A stretch of 64,000 nucleotides of DNA from Leucoraja erinacea. Lineage: Eukaryota. Below are positions 26,745-38,810 of this stretch, piece by piece (within the stretch, counting starts at the first letter, position 1; each line of letters starts with the position of its first letter). The DNA lies in contig NC_073401.1 in assembly GCF_028641065.1 (NCBI RefSeq), positions 3,286,001 to 3,350,000 of the forward strand, written 5' to 3'. The notes under the pieces were generated by a model, which saw nothing but the letters and a program-made list of their open reading frames with translations, was not told the origin of the DNA and did not search any database. Made by a program: the position numbers and the translations under genes.

Positions 26745-26787
26745 GGTGCAATGGTGGGCCGGGGGGTTCAGTGGCGGCGGCCGCATT

Positions 26788-26823
26788 CAAAGATACTAGA
26801 GTAGCTCTGCTCTATAATCTTTG
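26788..26823. mobile_element. P-like footprint, 36 bp
   Basis: CAAAGATACTAGAGTAGCTCTGCTCTATAATCTTTG; flanks GCCGCATT/GTCGGAAT match at only 5/8. Confidence 0.6.
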
Positions 26824-27397
26824 GTCGGAATGGGACGGCTGAACGTTATAACATGCTATCGTTCCACCCTCCCTCTCCCCCCTTCTCCCTCCTCCCCCTT
26901 CTCCCTCTCCCCTCTCGATCCCTCTCCCTTCTCTCGATCCCTCTCTCCCCTCTCTTCCCTCGATCCCTCTCTCCCCTCTCTTCTCTCGATGATCTTTGTA
27001 AGAAGATTTTAATAAACTCTTCTACATTTAAGGTAAATTGACATATGAGGCAAAAAGCATCGTCAATATACAGGTCTCTCCACACAACTGAAAACAATTG
27101 CACTTAAGTGATATGTCATCCATTGTGCAGGCATGTAGTTATGATAATTTCTCTCTATATTTAAATTGTCTCTTTTTTTTATCAACAACAAAGAGATATA
27201 AAAACGCAGTGAGCAGCAACAAGAGGCACAGCAAGAAAGAATTATACTCATCTTTGACATTTAAAATGTTGTTATATTTTAAGAAATTTTAAACTTTAAT
27301 AAATCATTTTTCCACTTTTCATGCCTGCGTGTTCTTCATCACAATGGGAACCTAATGGGCAGGAATGGATACTCTGTGGGAGTATCTTGCTTCTGCC

Positions 27398-27414
27398 CAA
27401 AGATAGGATCTTCG
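27398..27414. mobile_element. Short P-like footprint, 17 bp
   Basis: CTTCTGCC|CAAAGATAGGATCTTCG|CTTCGGCC (7/8 TSD). Confidence 0.55.
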
Positions 27415-27456
27415 CTTCGGCCTCTGCACTCGTATCCACAGATCCTATAGCGGGAC

Positions 27457-28262
27457 AAACATAGAAACATAGAAAATAGATGCAGGAGGAGCCAATTTGG
27501 CCCTTCAAGCTAGCACCGCCATTCATTGTGATCGTGGGTGATCGTCCCCTATCAATAACCCGTGCCTGCCTTCTCCCCATATCCCTTGACTTCACTAGCC
27601 CCTAGAGCTCTATCTAACTCTCTGTTAAATCCATCCAGTGACTAGGCCTCCACTGCCCTCTGTGGCAGGGAATTCCATAAATTCACACATTTCTCTGGGT
27701 GAAAAAGTTTCTTCTCACCTCAGTCTTAAATTACCTGCCCTTTATTCTAAGACTGTGGCCCCTGGTTCTGGACTCACCCAACATTGGGAACATTTCTCCT
27801 GCATCTAGCTTGTCCAGTCCTTTAATAATTTAATATGTTTCTATAAGATTCCCCCTCATCCTTCTAAACTCCAGTGAATACAAGCCTAGTCTTTTCAATC
27901 TGTACTCGTATACAGTCCCACCAACCCAGGGATCAATCTCGTGAAACCTACGCTGCAGAAGAACCTCTTCACTCTATACTGAAATCCTCTTGTTATGAAG
28001 GTCAACATTCCATAGCTTTCTTTACTGCCTGCTGTACCTCTAAGCCAACTTTCAGTGGCCGGTGTACAAGGACGCCCAGGTCTCGCTGCACATCCCCCTT
28101 ACCTAACCTAACTCTATTGAGATAATAATCAGCCCCCTTGTTTTTGCCTTCAAAGTGGATAACCTCACATTTATCTATAGTATACTGCACATGCCATGCA
28201 TCTGCCCACTCACTCAACCTGTCCAGGTCACCCTGCAACCTCCTAACATGCCCTCTTATGTT
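27457..28262 (-). mobile_element. CR1 3' fragment nested in the P-like element
   Basis: LQGDLDRLSEWADAW..., CATAGAAA tail. Confidence 0.88.
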
Positions 28263-29466
28263 CATTGTGTGAAATTGTGATTTGTTAACTGCACAAAACT
28301 AATGCAAATGGCGATTTATTTATTATTGTATCTATGTTGGACATTTTGCTCTTTGGTGAAGCAGGGGTGGGGCTATCATTGTGTTACATACGTTAAATTG
28401 TACATCACTTTCACTGGTTAGCTGATATGCTGAACACTGCAATCCTGTATAACTCGCGCACAGAATAATGTGAATTGTGTAAATCTTATCCCAACGGGTC
28501 CCACTTAGTCTATTGATTGTGTATAAGCTGCAAATTTTGTCCTTTGTTTGAAATGTGTAGAATTTGACATCACTTTTATTGATTATCTGATATTCTAAAT
28601 TCTGCAAGCCTGTATATGTCGTGCACAAAATGATGTAAATAAAAATTGTTTTCCTTGTTTAAGAAGTTCAATTGAGAATTATTTGAAATTGTGGGAGTTG
28701 GTACAAAATACTGTTGACCCACAAATGTGTTGATATGAGACATTCACGTTTAAAAAATCCATGTCTCAAAAAAAGCAAGAAGGTGCCCGTGTTATTTGAC
28801 CAACTTGCCAGCTGAATTTAAATATACACAATACACAATACAATTTATTTGTCACTTGAACCTCATAGAGGTTGTTGGAGCCCCCGGCGTGCGCTAGCAA
28901 AGTGTCGCAGCCGTTTAAGCCACGCCGGGCGATGATGTAAGGCCCCGCTCCAGGTCATCCTCGACCCCGCTACTCGGGCGGAGGAATTCGCCGTTGTGGA
29001 AGCCCCGAAAAGCGGTCTCCAAGCAGGGACCCGCAGGCTCCGATATTACTGTCTGCCAGGCCTGCGGTTGGAGCCTCCGAATCTCCGGGGCTCGGGTCAC
29101 AGCAGCGCATGGGTACATATGTAGGTATGTATGCATTAGTTTTGCTCCTAATTCCCTTTTCCAAATCATTAATATATATGGTAAACAGTTGCAGCCCCAA
29201 CACCAAGCCTTGCGGCAAAAAAATCCAGAAGATTAGTCAAACATGATTTCCCTTTCATAAATCCATGTTGACTTGGACAGATCCTTTTACTGCTATCCAA
29301 ATGCCCCATTATTGCATGTTTAATAATTGACTCCAGCATCTTTCACACCACCAAAGTTGGGCTAACTGGTCTGTAATTTCCCGTTTTCTCTCACGCTCCT
29401 TTCTTGAAAAGTGGGATAGCATTAGCTATCCTCCAATCCACAGGAGCTGATCGTAAATCTATTGAT

Positions 29467-29618
29467 NNNNNNNNNNNNNNNNNNNNNNNNNNNNNNNNNN
29501 NNNNNNNNNNNNNNNNNNNNNNNNNNNNNNNNNNNNNNNNNNNNNNNNNNNNNNNNNNNNNNNNNNNNNNNNNNNNNNNNNNNNNNNNNNNNNNNNNNNN
29601 NNNNNNNNNNNNNNNNNN
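29467..29618. other. Assembly gap (N run), flanked by (TA/TG)n microsatellite
   Basis: 152 N. Confidence 1.
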
Positions 29619-30015
29619 TATGTGCATTTGTATGTGTGCATATGTATGTGTATGTGTGTATATATGTGTGTGTATAAATATATATATATGCATATATTTA
29701 TTATTACTATATAATTATATATATAATTGCCTTTATGGTTTATGTACATCATCTTACAAGACAAATAAATTAATAGTGATGATTTAAATCAAAGTTGCTT
29801 CTGATACATGAGAATAAACTTTATTATCTCTAACTTGCCTCTCACACACAGACACACATTCATATAAATATATTAAATATATATACGTTAAATTTAATTT
29901 TGTGCAGTGTGTGTTAAAGCAATACAAGGGAAACTGCACAATGCAATGCAAGGGAAAACACGCAAAGGAGGAGGCTGTTACCGCTACAAGATACTCGAGG
30001 ATCTTTGATTTGGAT

Positions 30016-30046
30016 CAAAGATTATAGCGGAACTCTATAATCTTTG
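30016..30046. mobile_element. P-like footprint, 31 bp, near the right end of the P-like element
   Basis: ATTTGGAT|CAAAGATTATAGCGGAACTCTATAATCTTTG|CTTTGGAT (7/8 TSD); preceded by another TIR-end remnant at ~29987-30007. Confidence 0.75.
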
Positions 30047-30832
30047 CTTTGGATCTCAGCGGGTGGCAAACCGGAAGTCGCGTGTCGCATTAAGAAATGG
30101 CGGCCGTGACGTTCCGTCACGTACTACACGTCAGCCCAGTGAATTTCGGAAGAGTGGTCTATCTTGCTCCTCTAGGATCTTTGCTTACAATTCCTTAGTT
30201 ATATCCATACTGACTTCACATCTCCTGTTTCAATGTCACCCCTTGCAAGGGACTGAACTTCATTCCTCACCAACAGAGCTACCCCACCCCCTCATTATGG
30301 AAGTTTAAAAGCGAAGGGTCATAGCGCCCACAGTAAAGTGTAACAAATGTGGGACCTGAATGTGGAATCACTTTCTTGTCTCGAGCAAATGAGGTAAACA
30401 CCTTTTTTAAAGGCGTTTCTAAATATTCCAATTTGTTGGGGCGTCAGAAGACAGACAATGCAAGGAGTCCAAGAAAGAAATTGCCATACCTCCTACCCAT
30501 GGCTGACACCCTCCTTCCTTCCTTCAGAATCTCAAACATTTTTTGCCTGGATCAATCTTAGTTTAAACACAAAAAGCAGGAGTAACTCAGTGGCACAGGC
30601 AGCATCTCTGGAGAGAACGAATAGATGACGTTTCGGGTCGAGACCCTTCTTCGGACAACCTTAGTATATTTTGTTTGAGGCCCATTATATTTAATTCATT
30701 TGCTTTTGCACTAATTTTCACAATTATGTATCATTTATCGCTCCGGACCACACCAGAGGCAGCGGCTCACCTTTTTTTCTCAACTTTCTCCCCACCTTCT
30801 ACAATTAGTCTGAATTGCACATTACAACCTAG

Positions 30833-33800
30833 TGAAGTGGCACCTGCTGGGGCCTTGGGGTAGTCAAACCCTCGGATTGGCTACCCCAGTCACATGGGTG
30901 CGGGAAGGAGGTTTTGCGCGCTTTTGATTAAGCCCATTCATTCGGAGCACCACCACCATCGTTGATTTAGCCGTCTCACAGACTCGTGTTGTTTGTTTAA
31001 CCGTTTGAAATAAAGTTAGTTAAATCAACTCACAGTCTCGACTCCACTAAACTGGTGACCCCGACGCGCCCAATCGTTATTGGACGCCGACATGCAAGCC
31101 GCTGCCATTCCCGACGGTGTTCCCCATGCTCAACAGAGCGCCGTCGGCCTCAAGCTGCCGATGTTCTGGCCCGAACAGCCTCAGATGTGGTTCGCCCACG
31201 TGGCGGCACAATTCCACCTTCGTAACATAGTGGTGGACGATACGAAGTACTTCCACGTCGTCAGAGCACTCACGCAGGAGACGGCTTCACTGTTACTGCC
31301 TTTCCTGCAATACCCGCCGGCGATCGCTAAGTACGAAGGCCTCAAAACCCTCCTTCTTCACACTTTCAGGCTCAGCCACCGGGACCGCGCCGCCTGCCTC
31401 CTGCACATGGACGGGTTGGACGATCGCAAGCCGTCCGTGCTGATGGCAGAAATGCTTGCTCTCATGGACGGCCACCGTCCGTGACTGCTTTTTGAACAGA
31501 CCTTCTTGGAGCAGATGCAGGACGACGTCTGCCTTATGCTCGCTGGCGCTGATTTCACCGACCCCCTGCAGCTCGCCGAACGGGCTGACGAACTTTGGCT
31601 GGCGAAACAACAAGATGGCGGTGCCATCAACCAAGTTTCCATGCCAGCACGCCATTCGCATCGGCGTGACCGCGACGATGCCCCGCCCACGGCTTCCACC
31701 GCAGAGCCATGGCAGCGCGCCGTAACCCAGGGTAAGCACAAATGGTGCTTCTATCATCCCCGCATGGGGGCGCTGAAGTGCTACGCTGCCGTCAACCCTG
31801 CTCGTTTCAGGGAAATGCTTCGGCCGATCGTCTGCAGAGGCAATCACGATCGGCCCAAACAACCGCCTCTACGTCCGCGACCATCGCTGTAGCAGACGCT
31901 TCCTCGTCGACTACGGGGCTATAGTCAGTATCCTCCCGCCGACCGGACGCGACACCCATACTGGTAAGCGGGGCCCAGTGCTCTCGGCCATCAATTGGAG
32001 CACCATCCGTACTTACGGCACGTGGACCCTCTCGCTTACGTTCGACTCCCGCCCGTATGAGTGGACGTTCATCGTGGCCGACATCGCTCAGCCGCTCCTG
32101 CGTGCCGACTTCCTGCGTACGTCCTCCCTCGTCGTTGATGTGCGGGGCGGGCGCATGACTTCGTGATCAGCCCTTGGCTCCCTGATCCTGCGGCCCCCCG
32201 CCCCCACCCAGCACACAGCTCAGTGTCGTCGCCGAGGTTGATGGCCCCTACGCCTCCTTACTCACCGACTTCCCTGAGCTCCTCACTCTCTGTTTCAACG
32301 GGGCAGCCCCCAAACATGGGGTCGTGCATCACATGCCCAATGTGGGCCCTCCAGTATGTGTCCTGGCGCTCCTTCTGCCACCGGACAAGCTGCGCATTGC
32401 CCGGAACGAGTTCCAGCTAATGGAGCACATGGGGATTGTCCGGCGCTCGGACAGCCCTTGGGCATCCCCACTGCACATGGTTCTCAAAGCATCTAGTGGG
32501 TGGAGACCATGCGGGGATTACCGGCGTCTGAACGCCATGTCCACAGCAGACCGCTACCAGGTGCCCCACATTCAAGACTTTTCTGCACACCTCGAGGTTG
32601 CTGCTTTCTTCTCGAAAGTCGACCTCATCCGGCGCTATAATCAAATCCCCGTTCACCCGGACGACGTCCCTAAAACTGCGACAATCGCCCCGTTCAGCTT
32701 GTTCCAGTGGCTCAGTGTGCCTTTTGGATTAAAGAACGCCGTGCAGGCATTCCAGTGGCTTATGGACCAGGTCAGGCGGGGTCTGCCGTTTGTATTTATC
32801 TACCTGGACGACATTCTGGTTGCCAGCCCCACACAGGATGAGCATATCGCCCACCTACAGACCCTTTTCCAGCACCTCCTCGAGCACAGCCTCATCATCA
32901 ACCTCGCTAACTGCCAGTTCGGCCTCTGTTCCATCTCCTTTCTGGGGCACAGCATCACACCCCAGGGCGCTGCCCCGCTACCCTCAAAGGTCGAGGCCAT
33001 TCGGCAGTTTCCCCGGCCACACACTGTGAAGGGGTCGCAGAGGTTTGTCGGCATGGTGAATTTTTATCACCGTTTCGTGCCGGCAGCTGCCAACATCATG
33101 CGCCCCCTGTTCCAGTGCCTGGCAGGCAAGCCGTGGGAGTTTGAATGGTCCTCAGAGGCGGATGCGGCATTCGAGAGTGCTACCATACGCTACCATGTTG
33201 GCCCACCCACGGGCCTCCGCCCCCACGGTTCTCACCGGATGACTGGACACAGCTGTGGGCGGCGTCCTGGAGCAGTCCGTGGTCGGACGCTGGCCTTTTT
33301 TTGCAGTCAACTACGCGCCCCTGAGCGCAACTACAGCGCCTTGGACTACGAGCACCTGGCGTTGTACCTGGCCATCATACACTTTCGATATTTCCTGGAG
33401 GGCCGGGTACTCACTGCCTTTACGGACCACAAACCCCTTACCTTCGCCTTGGGTAAGATCTCCAACCCGTGGTCTGCCCGCCAGCAGCGGCACCTCACCT
33501 ACATATTGGAGTTTACCACAAACGTCCAGCAGGCAAACTTAGCACCGTTGACGACGTCTTGTTCCTGCCCTTCCCTCCGTTTCGGGTGCGGACACATGGA
33601 TGGTGGACTGCTGCACGGCTGTTTCTGCATGGATGGCGGACAGCTGCACGGCTGTTTCTGCCCTCTAGTTGGGCGATGTCCCATGTGGAGCTGCGGGCAC
33701 CGTGGTCCTTTGCGATGTCTCGCCCCCATCGTCCCCACCAGTTGGCGTCGCCACGTTATCGGTTCCATCCGCGGACTGGCCCATCCATCCATACGGGCGA

Positions 33801-34881
33801 CCTCTGAACTGGTGGCGGCCAAGTTCATATGGCACGGGCTCCGCAAGCAGGTGGCGGCCTGGGCACGTGCCTGCATCCCCTGCCAGACCTCCAAGGTCCA
33901 GCGGCACTTGCACCCTCCGGTGCAGGAGTTCGACGTTCCCGTGGACTGGTTTCTTCATGTCCATTTTGACCTGATGGGCCAATTGCTGCGGCGCATCTAC
34001 TCACTATCGTGGACCGTTTTACGCGGTGTGGCCAGAGGCGATCTCGCTCTCGGACACCTCCGCCACGGCTTGTGCTCGGGCCCTGTCGGCCAACTGGATT
34101 GCCCGGCTCGGGGTTCTGTCCGATATTTCCACTGACACAGTTCACCTCTGCCTTATGGTCTTCCCTCGTCCAGCTCTGCGGGACACAGTTACACCATACC
34201 ACCGCCTACCACCCATAGGCCAATGGACTGGTCGAACGTTTTCACAGACACCTTAAATCAGCGCTGAAGGCTCACCTGTCCGGACTGGTTGGACCAGTTA
34301 CCGAGGGTACTCCTCGGTATCTGCACCGCCCCCAAAGTAGACTTGGCAGCTTCCTCTGCCGAGCTGGTGTACGTCTCGGCCCTGCGGGTGCCCGGGGATT
34401 TTCTCCACGCCACCCCCGGGCAGGTGGACTCCGCCCCGGCGTTGCTGGCGAGCATCCGGGAGCTGTGAGCGGGCTAGCTGCTGTGCCTATTTCGCAGCAT
34501 GGTTTGCCTGTAGTTCATGTGCCGTCGGCTTTGCAGAATCGTGCTTATGTTTTTATTTGCAGGGACGCCCACCGCTCTCCCTTGCAGCGGGTCTACGAGG
34601 TGCTGTTCCGGGTGCTGCGATCCGGCGTCGCCACCTTCACCTTGGACGTGGACAGCCCAGTAGTGGTCACACTGCCCCGACGTAGAGGTCGTCCGCCGGC
34701 CGTTCCAGCTGCACCAGTTGTGCCTGTTACCCCCGACCCAGTTGTTCCTGTTCTTTCCACCCCGTTGCCCGTTCCTGGCCCTGTTCAGCTGGTCCAGAGT
34801 GTTACGCCCGCCGCGCCTCCGCTGACCACGCGTTCTGGTCGTTGCCTCCGGGTCCCTGCTCGGTTCCATACCTCGGGTTCT

Positions 34882-34924
<43 letters not shown>

Positions 34925-35147
34925 CGGGATCCTGTAATGGGGTAGTCGAACCCTCGGATTGGCTATCCCAGTCACGTGGGTGCGGGGAGGAGGTTTTGCG
35001 CGCTTTTGATTGAGCCCATTCATTCGGAGCACCACCCTTGTGGTAGCAACATCGTTTATTTAGCCGTCTCACAGACTCACGTTGTTCTTTGTTTAACCGT
35101 TTGCAATAAAGCTCGTTAAATCAACTCACGGTCTCGACTCCACTGAA
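30833..35147 (+). mobile_element. Gypsy/Ty3 LTR retrotransposon, full-length but frameshifted
   Basis: TSD CTAG on both sides; 5' LTR 30833-31051; PBS TGGTGACCCCGACG (tRNA-Trp) 31053-31066; gag (KLPMFWPEQPQMWF); protease; RT (SPWASPLHMV, WRPCGDYRRLN, YLDDIL); RNase H (TDHKPL); integrase (H..AHP...C..CQ, TAYHP..NG.VERFH); poly-G PPT; 3' LTR 34933-35147. Confidence 0.95.
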
Positions 35148-38100
35148 CTAGTTTCAATGGTAACAGCTCCTGACCCCGAAACGTCACCTATCCATGTCAT
35201 CGAGAGATGCTGACTGACCCATTGAGTTAGTCCAGCACTTTGTCTCTTTTTGTAAACCAGCATCTGCGATTCCTTGCATCTAGATGTAACATTGATCCTG
35301 TTTCCCTCTCCACAGACGATGACTCACTGAGCACTCACAGTAATTTCTGGTTTTATTGCACATTTCAAACAATTGCACGATTTTGGCTTTCATCACAATT
35401 TCTTTCGACTTTCATTAACATTAACATTGCTGGCAGGGCTAAATTTGGCTGGCTTTGGCCATTAATTATGAAAGTAGCAACTGGCATTCAGCCATTTGGA
35501 CAACATTGGTTGACGTGAATCGGTGCCATTCTGTACATTTCTACTCACTTTCACTTACAGCGGGCACTGTAGAAATACTACCAATGCCATCTTCAAAAAC
35601 TCATCTAAATTGACCAGAAGAATAAACAAACCAACATCAACAAGACCAACATCCATCTTTTGACGACCTGGTTTCATTTCATTCATGTGGCACCAATGGG
35701 GAAGTCACATCAGTTGTATGCCTGACATCAGATTCCCAAAAGAAGCACTCTGCTTGAAGTTCTGTTACAGAAAGACATTACAAACTATCAGTGGAAAAGA
35801 TTAAAGGATCTCAAAACTTCCTTAAAAAAATACATTGTATTGACTCCTGCAAATCCCTGGCCCATGATTACTCTAAATAGAGCCTTTAGAATAGCACTGC
35901 AAACCTCATACCAAGAGGTCAGGAGCATACAGGAAGCAAGCAAGAACCACAGATGATTTGCACCACCTCAAGCCATCCACCAAATCATCCCATCAGGAAC
36001 CTCCTTCCCCATCTATCTAAAGTCTATGGATCCCACAATTACTTCATCAGTCAGCACAGAATCACAATGAAACAAGATATCTCTAATCCAGCCTTCCACA
36101 TCCAGTCCTGGTTGGAGCAGATAAGACGTGATTATGGGTATCTGGTTGAGTCTGGAAATATCCAGCTCTTTACTTCTCCTGACAATTACTCATACTAGAC
36201 CCTCAGCAGTAACAATAAAGACTGCTCTAATCTGAACCCTAGTACAACATACTTCAGAGTAGAAATCAGCAAAGGGCATCTGCTTAAATATTCCTTTTAT
36301 ACTAGCCATTAAACCCTATCATAATGTATGTGTTTGGGAAATAATATGTTAAAATCCAGACGTGTGAACAGACATAATTCATTTTGCCAATGTATTAAAA
36401 CATTAACATTTACACAGATTTACAGCATATCAATTAAAAAAATCACTCTATTGGTCCATGGCACTATGTGTGCTTTTTGTCAACCTATTCCATCCCTCCA
36501 CGACCAGTAAGAATGAGAATAGGAGGTGTCAAGAATCATCATCACCTGCAGTTTCGCTCCAAGTCACACACTATCCTGACTATATTGCCAATTCTTCTCT
36601 GTTCCCATTTCCAAATCCTGGACCTCTCTACCCAAGAGCATTGTTGCACTAGTGAAATTGCAACACTTCGTGAGTGCAGTTACTCCCACATTCTCAAGGT
36701 AATTATGGATGGGTAACCACTACATCTTGGAAATAAAAGAAGCAATTTAAGTAGTCTTTGGATAACCTGACTGTCTATTTCCTTTTGTGGCCAGGCATGG
36801 AATTTTGTCTGTTGGCACTCCTTTGAAGCATCTTCAGAAATCAAAAATGCCATATAAATAGAAATTATTGTTGAATAATTTGGCAGCTCCTTGGAATTCC
36901 TCTAGGAGACTCACGCCAATACTTCCCTTTCTTCTATTGACTTGGTATGTTCAAGACTTCCTGCAATCAAAGAGCAATGAGACATGTTTATTGCACAACC
37001 AACTGAATGTTAAAGTACTCATCGAGTTCACTTAAGTGTATATGTTTTAATGAGCTCAGTTAGATCATTTAATTAGTGAAATTGTGCAGAGTACTTAATT
37101 TTAGAATGACAATCTTATAAGTACATCTGCATTACTTCCATCAAGATAAATAAAATATCCACATCCCTTGTACTTGGTCATCAGGTTAAAGACAAATGAT
37201 CAAAATCAGAAAATAAACCAGCAGTTTATTTCTCATGTCTAGTTTTGGATTTGCTGCTGAAAGAGTGAGTGATATTCAGCAGTCAGAAGGTTTCGCAACA
37301 ATTTACACTTCCTGTCCACGCCTTACTTCCTGTTGTCATGATTGGAATATAAATAATTTGGGAATTTAATTTCAGCAGTAAACTTCAGGCTTGACTTTTC
37401 TATTTTGCATTTGCAAATTCAATTATTTTGGATAATTCTAATTTTACAGTTGAGAAGCGTCTTTTATATCAACATTTATAAATTAAAATTGCTCTGTACT
37501 TTTTCCCAAAATCAAGTAATTTTCACCAGTATACTGTACATTGGATGACCATTTCATTGCTCATGTGAGTTTTGTTCATGCTGACATTCAATGTTTTATG
37601 GAATTTGTAAGGTGGAGATGGTTTTTAATACAGGGTACTAAAATTAATTGGAAGGTTGCATTGATGTGGCAATACTATAGAAGTAATAATCCACTAAGCT
37701 AGACAGATAACTCAATTAATTAACCTTTAAGATTCCACTGTCAAGTTTTTAATTTATAAGCCAAAAGTAAGTTTAAGTAAAATTATAATTGAAACTGCTA
37801 ACTTTGACATAAATGCCAAACTAATTTTAGCATTCAATAAGGAAGAAAAACTTGTTTCCTTATCCAGTTTAGAGATTATATGACTTCAGTTATGCATGCT
37901 TGAGGCTGACTTACTCTTGTCCTCCAAAGTGGTATTTCAAGCTACTCAACCAAGGCAATGAGAGTTAAAGAATGCTGACCTTGCAAAACACTTACAAATG
38001 GTGAGAAAACATATTATTAATAAAACTGAATTAAACTGAGTCTATTAGAGTGAGCAGTTGTAGAAATTAAGTAAGTGTAAGTTCCTCAGCAGATTCAAGC

Positions 38101-38669
38101 TCCATCTTAAAACGTTTCAGTGCTTTAAATTGTTTTATTTCACTGTAATAAAATTGTGTTATCTGCAATTTTTTCATGTACATCTAATGTGTTCGAATTT
38201 TTAATCAACTATTAGTGATCTTCCTTATTTATATGGAAACGGGGAGAATATTTTGGAAAATAATCCAGTATGTGTAGTACTGCTAAAATGGGGCTTTGTT
38301 TTAAAATTAGCTTTCCTTTCTTAGGCAGTCTTTATTTTATTAAGAAGTTGTTTTATGTACTGTGCTCTTCTTATTTGGATAACATCTTGATGCAGCTCAC
38401 AATTCTAATTCCAGCTGTGTACCTCTGCTAATGGATTTTAAGAAAACGGACAGCAAAGAATAACCAAAAGTTCTCCATTCAATACGATCATGGCTGAACT
38501 GTCACATCAATTTCCTACCAATTCCTCAAAATACTTAATTCTTTTGATGTCCCAAATTATGTCTCTTATTTGCATGTGCTCACAACCATAGCTCTCTGGA
38601 ATAAAAAAAATCCAGAGGTTTATAATCCTCTGAATGAAGAGTTATTTCCTCATTTACTTCTATGCAACT

Positions 38670-38805
38670 TCTTCTTGCGTATGGCATGCACAGCCTAATG
38701 TTGTAGGGCAACTTGTTCTATTTGATCTTATTTGATTGTGCACGTTGGGTTGATTGCATTAGTCGAAACAGGGTGGACCATGTGAAGGTTGCAATCTCCC
38801 ACCCC
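38670..38805 (-). repeat. Short ~135-bp retroposon with (AAG)n tail
   Basis: Flanked by the 11-bp duplication TCTATGCAACT (38659 and 39853); the second copy is split by the following DNA transposon. Confidence 0.6.
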
Positions 38806-38810
38806 TCTAT

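Larger units (their letters stand above)
26162..30183 (+). mobile_element. P-element-like DNA transposon (THAP-bearing, internally deleted and interrupted)
   Basis: 32-bp TIRs CAAAGAT(TA/CC)TAGAGGAGCAAGATAGACCACTC; perfect 8-bp TSD CTTACAAT (26154-26161 / 30184-30191); splits a continuous CR1; THAP exon near the left end. Contains an assembly gap and nested CR1s. Confidence 0.85.

Noticed and set aside
27232-27256. GAAAGAATTATACTCATCTTTG, resembling a P-like footprint
   Set aside because: No CAAAG start and no 8-bp duplication.
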